Shown piece after piece: positions 56,995 to 64,000 of a DNA stretch of 64,000 bases. The stretch covers positions 928,001 through 992,000 of the forward strand of contig OY762825.2 in assembly GCA_963666425.2 (NCBI GenBank), read 5' to 3'. The DNA comes from Bacillota bacterium (GTDB lineage: Bacteria; Bacillota; JAAYKD01). Positions within the stretch are counted from its first letter, which is position 1. Every line of letters begins with the position of its first letter. The position numbers and the translations under genes are program-made. The notes under the pieces are model-generated. The model had not been told where the DNA came from. It did no database searches and saw only the letters and a program-made list of their open reading frames with translations.

Positions 56995-58446
56995 TTACTT
57001 TTCCAATAAGTCTAAAATCCCAGCTTCCAATCCCAGCAAACGGCAAATCCGGCGCGCTTCCTGCGGAATTGTCTCCTCACGATCTACCGGTAAAAGCGTA
57101 TAATCCATGCTGCGGTTCAGATAAAGTACCGGATCTTCCCCTGACTGCATGGCTCGCTTAAACTCCAAGGCATCCAGCTTCTGCAGTCCCGTTACTTGAT
57201 AATGGGCATTGGCAAAGCTTGCCACGCCGTCATAATGGGTTGTCAGCACCGTCATACCGGGTTGCTGGTTAAAATAAGCTGTCATTGCCTGCAGCAGCAG
57301 TGCACCTTCTTTGGGATTAGTCCCTCTGACAAATTCATCCAGAGCCAGGAAGGTGAATTGTCCTTGATGGTCGCGAAGAAAGTGATTCAACCTGCTGATT
57401 TCTGCGCCGAAACTGCTCAATCCCAGTTCGGCCGATTGCTGATCTTCGCCCAGATAAGCCAAGTGGCTGAATAACGGTAAAACAGCCGTTTTGGCATAGA
57501 TGAAAAATCCCAGCTGCCAGAGCGTGAGATTCAGCATCAGGCTGCGCAGTAGAATGCTTTTTCCTCCCATATTGGCTCCCGTGATCACGGTGGCACCCGG
57601 CTGTAAACGAATGCTAACCGGAGTGAAGCGGCGCTGCCAACTCTGCAGAATTGCCGCAACTTTAGGATGGATCATCTCCTGCAAAATAACAACCGGTTCC
57701 GGTGCCAATGCCGGCCTTGTCAGATGCTCAGTGATCGCTAAGCGTGCCTTGGCAAGATCCAATTCCAGGCAGCCCAACGAACGGGTTGCTTGCTGCAGTT
57801 CCGTTAAGTAGGGCAACAAATGTTCTGTGATGTTTTGTTTTACCAGCATTTCTTCCACTGCTTCGGCTGCCGCCCATCTGCTCCGTTCGGCTAACAGATC
57901 CGCCTGTTCCACTGGCGAAGCGAGGCGCAGTAGTTGCTCACAGCGCAGTTTTTGCTGCCGTATGGTTGCCAAAGCCGGATAGGAAAATTCATCCAGATAA
58001 AAAGCTCTTAAGCCATGTTGCTGCGGATCCAACCAAACGAGCGCTGCCGCCAGTGAAGGCAGCTGAATTTGGTGCAAACACAATCGATTCAAGAGAGCGG
58101 CACCCTGCGACTGTAAATCCTGATACTGCAGCAAGAAAACTTTCAGCTGAAACAGCGCTATTTCATCCAAAATCTCATTTCTGCTCAAAGCAGTGAGGAT
58201 ACCCTCAATTTCCTGGACAGAATGATAGAAATTTCGCAGTTTAACGAAGAAAAGAGGATATTTTGCTTGCGCCTGCATGAGAATTTCCAGATTATCCAAA
58301 GCCGCCTGTTGCTCTTTTTCCTCTCCCGGCAAGTAAAAAACCAGATTTTTTAAAGCACGCCGACCATAGGGGGAACACACTTGCAGTTGATCCAATACGA
58401 AACTTAAATCCTGCGGATAGCAGGATGTGACTTGGCTAAATTGCAT
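56995..58446 (-). CDS. kamC: Lysine 5,6-aminomutase reactivase ATPase (MutS-like)
   Basis: ITGANMGGKS, GLSSFGAEI, LDEFVRGTNPKEG, TTHYD; adjacent to the kam operon. Confidence 0.85.
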   Translation of the reverse strand: MQFSQVTSCYPQDLSFVLDQLQVCSPYGRRALKNLVFYLPGEEKEQQAALDNLEILMQAQAKYPLFFVKLRNFYHSVQEIEGILTALSRNEILDEIALFQLKVFLLQYQDLQSQGAALLNRLCLHQIQLPSLAAALVWLDPQQHGLRAFYLDEFSYPALATIRQQKLRCEQLLRLASPVEQADLLAERSRWAAAEAVEEMLVKQNITEHLLPYLTELQQATRSLGCLELDLAKARLAITEHLTRPALAPEPVVILQEMIHPKVAAILQSWQRRFTPVSIRLQPGATVITGANMGGKSILLRSLMLNLTLWQLGFFIYAKTAVLPLFSHLAYLGEDQQSAELGLSSFGAEISRLNHFLRDHQGQFTFLALDEFVRGTNPKEGALLLQAMTAYFNQQPGMTVLTTHYDGVASFANAHYQVTGLQKLDALEFKRAMQSGEDPVLYLNRSMDYTLLPVDREETIPQEARRICRLLGLEAGILDLLEK

Positions 58447-59492
58447 ACAATCCCCTCCTCAACATCAATGATCGGTAGACGAATGGTCTCAGCCAGCAGC
58501 TGAATGAATTGTTCCGCTGCATAAGCAGGATGATCAACCGCATAAGCGTTTGCCGCGATGGCTAAGATGGAAATCTGCTGCCTGACCAGAATCCTGGCGC
58601 CTGCTGCCAAAAATTGCCGGAGGTGACGATCCTGCGCCAAAATGTAGCTGCCATTGTTGACGGTTAATGTGAAACCCTGCAGTCGAATCTGGCTGTGCTG
58701 TAATTGCCGTAAAAGCAAATCGGTTACAGCACCGGCGGTATAAAAAGCGATACTGTCCCGCTGCAAATAAGCCGGTAAAGAAAAATCAGAACTGCGGGCC
58801 AAGGAAGCAGAAACATACTGCCGACTGCCGTCTTTTTGACAAATCAGATACTGGGTTCCTTCCAGGGCAGCAGAAGGCAGCTCAGTCAGCGGCAAAGAGA
58901 ATAACTGAACAATGCGAAGTGTTTCACCAATGGTTTCCGCCATGCTTTGATGGAAGGAAGCGCCGCTGCAAAGGATCACACCATCCCCGCTTGCTTCCAT
59001 TGGCAAAACGCGGCGCCCCATCGCACCGTCAATTAAAATCTTCTCTGCTCCTAGCTGCTTCATCTCCTGTTGAATTTGCCATAACTGTCTCCGCATGGAT
59101 GGTCCCGCTAATTGGATATAACCGTCACTGCAGGCGCGCACCAGGACGATCCTGCCTAACGGCGTGGCAATTTCCGTGACTTGTTCGATCTGTTTGGTGA
59201 TATCACAAAACGGCAGGAGGCCTGCCGCAGTGGCGAATAAGCTTCCTTTGGGGATGTAAATTTCGGGTTTCGTCGTCTGGCTGAGCAGATCACGGTTTTC
59301 GCCATCGCGGCCGATGGAAGTCAAGCCGATGCACGGATGTGCATCACTGCTGTTCAATCCCCGCAGCAGACTGTTCAGCACTGTCGTCTTGCCGGCATTT
59401 TTCGACAAACCGATAATCGAAATGTTTGGATGAGCCTCCGTCAGTTGTGCTAAAAAGAGCGAGGTTTGTTGTGACGAAATATGCTGCAGCAT
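58404..59492 (-). CDS. kamB: Lysine 5,6-aminomutase reactivase subunit
   Basis: ATG 59492 after GAAGGAGG; IIGLSKNAGKTTVLN, LTSIGRDGE, TPLG, LAGPS, LIDGA. Confidence 0.83.
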   Translation of the reverse strand: MLQHISSQQTSLFLAQLTEAHPNISIIGLSKNAGKTTVLNSLLRGLNSSDAHPCIGLTSIGRDGENRDLLSQTTKPEIYIPKGSLFATAAGLLPFCDITKQIEQVTEIATPLGRIVLVRACSDGYIQLAGPSMRRQLWQIQQEMKQLGAEKILIDGAMGRRVLPMEASGDGVILCSGASFHQSMAETIGETLRIVQLFSLPLTELPSAALEGTQYLICQKDGSRQYVSASLARSSDFSLPAYLQRDSIAFYTAGAVTDLLLRQLQHSQIRLQGFTLTVNNGSYILAQDRHLRQFLAAGARILVRQQISILAIAANAYAVDHPAYAAEQFIQLLAETIRLPIIDVEEGIVCNLAKSHPAIRRI

Positions 59493-59580
59493 AACAAAAC
59501 CTCCTTCGCCCTCCATCAATCTGTTTATGTTCAATTCGCGGATGACCTGCGCTATCCCTGCCAATTTTCTCCTGCTGACA

Positions 59581-59625
59581 AAAAAGCAAGGCAAAAGAAA
59601 ACACGCTGTTTTCCTTCGCCTTGCT
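59581..59625 (-). terminator. Terminator between the Smr gene and kamB
   Basis: AGCAAGGC...GCCTTGCT stem followed by TTTTT on the minus strand. Confidence 0.65.
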
Positions 59626-59657
59626 ATGAATTTTTTCGCTGCCTCGTTGGGATCATC

Positions 59658-60008
59658 TTATAATAGGATGAGTGTTACGCCTTGATTTCCCCGGCTTAAG
59701 TCCTGATCTTTGCGTAAATCGGGACAAGCGCTCAGCATGATGCGGGTAGTTTCGTCAAAAATCGTGAAATTCTCTCCATACACAATCGCTTTAATTTTCT
59801 GCAGCTTTAGTTGCTGATTAAAAAACGTTCTGCTGCCGCTGCGCAAAGCGCCGCCCACGCCGGTAGAACCATAACCATGAATTACTTTCAAGATCTTACC
59901 GCCCAAAGCACGGCAGGTAAGAATTTCGCTGCCCAGCAGGATTTTCGCTTCTTCTACCGTGGGATAATTGCGTTCCAAATTATAAACCATAATTTTCTGT
60001 TTGCTCAT
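59658..60008 (-). CDS. Stand-alone Smr domain protein
   Basis: NLERNYPTVEEA, LKVIHGYGSTG, GNQGVTLILL. Confidence 0.85.
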   Translation of the reverse strand: MSKQKIMVYNLERNYPTVEEAKILLGSEILTCRALGGKILKVIHGYGSTGVGGALRSGSRTFFNQQLKLQKIKAIVYGENFTIFDETTRIMLSACPDLRKDQDLSRGNQGVTLILL

Positions 60009-60022
60009 GCGATTTTGATCCC

Positions 60023-60556
60023 CTATTGCAGAGAACGGATTTGACCAAGCGGCCAGATCACAGCGACTGCTCTGCCAATCACATCCGCTTCACTGACAAA
60101 TGAAGTCGTATGCCAGAAGCGTGCATCTTCGGAGTGTTCCCGGTTATCTCCCATAAAGAAGAGGTAACCAAGCGGTATTTCGTATTTTTGGGTGTAACTC
60201 ACGGTAGTGCCCACCGCATAACTTTCGTTCAGCAATTCTCCGTTGCGATAGACCCGTCCGCTGGAAAATTCCAGCACATCGCCACCTTTTCCGATCAGCC
60301 GTTTGACATAGGGAGCGACACTCGGCGGTTGATCCGGGCAAGGAAATACTAAAATATCACCGTATTCAAAATCACGGTAGTATTTGGTGAATTTCTCGAC
60401 AACGATCCGCTCGCCAATTGCGATGGTCGGACTCATCGAACTGGTAGGAACCAACGGGAACACTGCCACAAAAAAATAAATAAACGCTACAATCGCGGCA
60501 GAAATCGCCAGCTCTACTAAAAATTCTTTTACATCTTTTAGTGTCAAAAAGCACAA
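60023..60556 (-). CDS. lepB: Signal peptidase I
   Basis: N-terminal TM, SSMSPT catalytic Ser, YVKRLIG catalytic Lys, MGDNREHSEDAR. Confidence 0.92.
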   Translation of the reverse strand: MCFLTLKDVKEFLVELAISAAIVAFIYFFVAVFPLVPTSSMSPTIAIGERIVVEKFTKYYRDFEYGDILVFPCPDQPPSVAPYVKRLIGKGGDVLEFSSGRVYRNGELLNESYAVGTTVSYTQKYEIPLGYLFFMGDNREHSEDARFWHTTSFVSEADVIGRAVAVIWPLGQIRSLQ

Positions 60557-60786
60557 CCTTCTTTCCCATTAAAACAAGACCCGATGCAACGTATTATAGC
60601 ATGATCGCCTGCGCTTGTCATCTCTCTTTTTTTGCGGAGTAATTCCATTTTTTGAAGAATGCTGCTTAACACCAAAAGAACATCTGATATTTATTCTGAA
60701 ATCAGGCAGGAAAAAACTGCGTAAAATTGAAAGTAAAGGTATCAGTAACAGCTTTGCTGTTTCAAGCATAAGGAGGATAAAAAAAC

Positions 60787-61986
60787 ATGGCTTTAGTGAT
60801 TAAAAGTGCGAATTTATGGGACGGAACTGGGGCAGCGCTGCAGGAGAATATGGGTATTGTGATGGAGAACGGCAAATTTACCCGGATTGCTCCCTGTGCC
60901 GAAGTAATCCCGGCGGAAGGCGATACCGTTATCGATGTTGCCGGTAAGTTTGTCATGCCTGGCATGATTGACTGTCATGTCCATGTTTGCAGCAGCGGCG
61001 AACCCAACGAAGCGGCCACGATGAGAGATGCCAGCGATGGTTACAAGGTGCTGATTGGCACTCAGATGATCCGTCAGGATTTGGAGGCCGGCTTTACAAC
61101 CGTCCGCAATATGGGCACTGAGCATTATTTGGATATGGATTTAAAGAAAGCCTGGTCGGAAGGCCGCATCACTGGCAGCCGGATCATTACTTCCGGACCT
61201 TTCATTACCATGACCGGCGGCCATGGCTGGACCTCCGGATTGGAATCCGATGGAGAAGACGAATGCCGAAAGCATGCACGGCAAGTATTGCGTCAAGGTG
61301 TAGAAGTTGTGAAAATCATGGCGACCGGCGGCGTGATGACCCCTGGCGTGGAACCCGGTTCTCCTCAACTGACCGAAGCGGAAATTCGTGCTGCCGTGGA
61401 AGAAGCGCATAAAGCCGGCCGTAAAACCGCCACCCATGCGCAGGGCACCGAAGGAATCAAGAATGCCGTGCGCGCCGGTATCGACAGTATTGAGCATGGC
61501 ATTTTTCTGGATGAAGAATTGCTGGAAATGATGAAATCCCGCGGTACTGCTTTGGTTCCTACCCTGGTGGCTCCCTGGCACATCAATGACGGCGGTGTTG
61601 CTGCCGGAATCCCGGTGTATGCTGTAGAAAAATCCATGCGCATCGCACCTTCCCATATGAAGAGCTTCCGCATGGCAGTGCAAGCCGGTTTGAAAATCGC
61701 CCTCGGCACCGACTCAGGCACACCGCTGAACTTTCATGGCTGTAATGCGTTTGAATTGCAATTAATGACCGAAAATGGTATGAGTAATGAAGAAGCACTG
61801 TTGGCGGCAACCAAGGTTGCCTCCGAAGTGGTTGACCGCGCCAATCTGATTGGCAGCGTTGAAGTAGGTAAATTGGCTGATTTACTGATCGTCGAAGGCA
61901 ATCCCCTGCAGAACATTCAAGTCTTGGTAGAAAAATCTCATATCAAAACAGTAATCCAAAACGGTAAGGTTGTCCATACCAGATAA
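60787..61986 (+). CDS. Metal-dependent amidohydrolase (Amidohydro_1, Xaa-Pro dipeptidase-like)
   Basis: PGMIDCHVH, VKIMATGG, ATHAQG, SIEHG, GTDSG, GKLADL. Confidence 0.88.
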   Translation: MALVIKSANLWDGTGAALQENMGIVMENGKFTRIAPCAEVIPAEGDTVIDVAGKFVMPGMIDCHVHVCSSGEPNEAATMRDASDGYKVLIGTQMIRQDLEAGFTTVRNMGTEHYLDMDLKKAWSEGRITGSRIITSGPFITMTGGHGWTSGLESDGEDECRKHARQVLRQGVEVVKIMATGGVMTPGVEPGSPQLTEAEIRAAVEEAHKAGRKTATHAQGTEGIKNAVRAGIDSIEHGIFLDEELLEMMKSRGTALVPTLVAPWHINDGGVAAGIPVYAVEKSMRIAPSHMKSFRMAVQAGLKIALGTDSGTPLNFHGCNAFELQLMTENGMSNEEALLAATKVASEVVDRANLIGSVEVGKLADLLIVEGNPLQNIQVLVEKSHIKTVIQNGKVVHTR

Positions 61987-61992
61987 AAATAA

Positions 61993-62053
61993 CCGCAGTC
62001 ATCACGTTTGACGGCTTTGCTGCCGTCACAACCGTACTGACTGCGGCTTTTTT
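61993..62053 (+). terminator. Intrinsic terminator
   Basis: CCGCAGTCA...TGACTGCGG with inner GACGGC/GCCGTC stem, then C and TTTTTT. Confidence 0.7.
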
Positions 62054-62242
62054 GCAATACCGCCGCTCAATTCTTATCCTCTATGCTTTGATGCGCTCGT
62101 TGCTGCCGTCACCTCAAAAGAAAGTCAAAGCAGAGAAGCAGCTTTTTTCAACTGTCAGCCCTAGCCGTAAAATCTTCTTTGCCGATCTTTTGTAGATTCC
62201 AAAATGAAGTAGAATCTTTTATGATCAGGCGAAAACTGAAAA

Positions 62243-62268
62243 AGGACTTTTAAGCGGAAGGCAAGAAT
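62243..62268 (+). promoter_or_regulatory. Sigma-H-like promoter (AGGA-N18-GAAT)
   Basis: AGGA 62243-62246, GAAT 62265-62268. Confidence 0.5.
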
Positions 62269-62290
62269 GTAATCACGATATGTTTAAAAA

Positions 62291-62306
62291 TATGTGATAT
62301 CACATA
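62291..62306. promoter_or_regulatory. Perfect 16-bp palindrome (candidate operator)
   Basis: TATGTGATATCACATA just downstream of the putative promoter. Confidence 0.5.
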
Positions 62307-62363
62307 ATGAGCGCTAAAAGATGAGAAAAGCTTGGCTGTTAGTTGCCTAAAAGGAGGGCTTTT

Positions 62364-64000
62364 ATGGAGAAGTTTATTTTCGGTATTCTGGGGGGAGCCA
62401 GTCTGCTCATGATCGGACTCGACATGCTGGGTGACGGTCTGGAGCGAGCAGCAGGTGATTCCATGCGGAAGATCCTGAGTATGTTGACCAACAATCTTTT
62501 TGTCGGTGTTTTGGTTGGTACCTTACTCACCGCCGTCACCCAGAGTTCTACTGCTGTCACCGTTCTGACCGTCGGCTTTGTCAACTCTGGTCTGATGACC
62601 TTAAAGCAAGCGCTGGGTATCATTTATGGGGCAAATATCGGGACTACAATGTCCGGTCAGATCTTACGTTTAAATATTACGAAATATGCTTTACCAATCA
62701 TTTTTGTCGGTGTTATCTTTCAATCGATGGCCAAAAGCCAGAAATTGAAAAACCTCGCCAGCGCAATTATCGGCTTCGGTTTGCTTTTTTTAGGCCTTTC
62801 CACACTGACTTCCGGCTCAAGTTATGTCTCCACCAATCCCGCTCTGAAAGAAATGCTGGTCCGCTATACTGCAAATCCACTTTGGGGAGTGCTGATCGGA
62901 CTGGTTGTCACAGCAATCATTGAATCTTCCGCTGCGGTAACCGGCTTGGTCATCGGTCTTGCTTCCTCCGGTTTGTTAGATTTTTCCGCAGCAACTGCGC
63001 TGATATTGGGCAGCAACGTCGGGACTTGCGTCACCTCGGTGATTGCTTCTCTGCGGTCCAATCGGGCGGCGCAGCGCACAGCGCTGGGCCATACAATTTT
63101 TAATGTGATCGGGGTCGGCACCATGCTGATCATCTACAATCCCATGCTGACCTGGATGGCCTCCACCGCCAACAACATCATTGGTCAAATCGCTAACATG
63201 AACAGTATCTTTAATATTGGCAGTACGCTTATTTTCATCCCCTTTACCGACCTTTTTGCCAAATTGCTGTATAAAATCATACCGGATCGCGAACAGGATG
63301 CCCATCGCATCGTCGGACCGCGTTATCTGGACAAAAATCTATTGGAAAGTCCCGGTTTAGCCCTGCAGGCCATGTACCGCGAATTGGTCGACTGCATCGA
63401 CTTAGCCATCGGTATGTATCGCAAAGTTTATCTTTCCCTGATCAACAATGACAGAAAACCCTTGAGCGAAGTCCTGGATGATGAGGTTGTCCTAAACGAG
63501 CTGCAGGATGAACTCACTCGCTATGTGGTGGAATTCGGTCAGCACGAGCCAACCGAGGACCAAGTAGCGCATATTCCTTCCATTCTGCATATTGCCGGGG
63601 ATGCCGAACGGATCGGCGACCATGCCAAGGAAATGGTTGAACATGCAGAAAAAAAGGTCGACCGCAAACTTGTTTTCTCTGCCATCGCACAGCAAGAATT
63701 GATTGCCATCATCGCTAAATTGGACGATCTCTCGCTGATCGCCAGAGAAACCCTGATTGACCTTGCGAAACCCATTCCCAGCACCATCCGCAGAACTCAG
63801 ACAATTCAATGGGAAATTGTCGTGCTGATTCAAAGCAGCCAGCAAGGACATATTGAGCGTCTGGAAGCCGGTAGCTGTACGGTCAGTGCCGGCATCCTCT
63901 ACATGGATATTCTCTCCCATATTGAGCGGATCTCCGAACATTTGATGAATATCGTGCAGCGCGGTCCCGGTGATGTGCTGCGCTACAATGCCTTACCCAA
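62364..64000 (+). CDS. Na/Pi cotransporter family protein with PhoU-like C-terminal domains, 3'-partial
   Basis: Absent from the ORF track (runs off the window). ATG 62364 after AAGGAGG; MEKFIFGILGG, TAVTQSS, GANIGTT, GSNVGT, ERIGDHA, ERISEH. Confidence 0.9.
   Translation, partial: MEKFIFGILGGASLLMIGLDMLGDGLERAAGDSMRKILSMLTNNLFVGVLVGTLLTAVTQSSTAVTVLTVGFVNSGLMTLKQALGIIYGANIGTTMSGQILRLNITKYALPIIFVGVIFQSMAKSQKLKNLASAIIGFGLLFLGLSTLTSGSSYVSTNPALKEMLVRYTANPLWGVLIGLVVTAIIESSAAVTGLVIGLASSGLLDFSAATALILGSNVGTCVTSVIASLRSNRAAQRTALGHTIFNVIGVGTMLIIYNPMLTWMASTANNIIGQIANMNSIFNIGSTLIFIPFTDLFAKLLYKIIPDREQDAHRIVGPRYLDKNLLESPGLALQAMYRELVDCIDLAIGMYRKVYLSLINNDRKPLSEVLDDEVVLNELQDELTRYVVEFGQHEPTEDQVAHIPSILHIAGDAERIGDHAKEMVEHAEKKVDRKLVFSAIAQQELIAIIAKLDDLSLIARETLIDLAKPIPSTIRRTQTIQWEIVVLIQSSQQGHIERLEAGSCTVSAGILYMDILSHIERISEHLMNIVQRGPGDVLRYNALP

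Noticed and set aside
56995-58446. DNA mismatch repair MutS annotation
   Set aside because: Too short, lacks mismatch-binding and clamp domains; context with kamB and the kam operon indicates the aminomutase reactivase
58404-58446. 43-bp kamB/kamC overlap as a possible frameshift
   Set aside because: kamC has its own strong RBS (GAGGAGG) and ATG, and both proteins look complete
1-64000. CRISPR array, rRNA, tRNA, prophage or defence genes
   Set aside because: No regularly spaced repeats, cloverleaf/T-loop patterns or recognisable cas/phage motifs seen by eye

Overview
64-kb chromosomal window from an anaerobic, amino-acid/peptide-fermenting Bacillota (Firmicutes)-type bacterium (inferred from gene content and from sigma-A and sigma-H-like promoters). 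It holds about 55 CDSs. Peptide scavenging: two S9 peptidases, tandem M3B oligoendopeptidases, two amidohydrolases and an APC permease. Other loci: an ABC-2 exporter, an intact IS3-family element inserted in the loop of the pckA terminator, an hslO / degenerate beta-CASP / zf-HC2 / nth / methyltransferase operon, a PspA pair, class II RNR (nrdJ), and a duplicated MacB/FtsX-type ABC cluster whose B subunits carry an unusual C-terminal biotinyl/lipoyl-like domain. A complete lysine fermentation operon (kal-kce-kdd-kamA-kamD-kamE-thl-crt-hbd-CoA transferase, with kamBC displaced upstream) lacks bcd/etf. There are two lysine riboswitches with opposite architectures: a variant-core OFF switch before permease+amidohydrolase, and an ON-type switch whose aptamer 3' end is the 5' arm of the terminator before the catabolic operon. 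No rRNA, tRNA or CRISPR array was seen. All product calls come from motif recognition by eye; no database searches were run.
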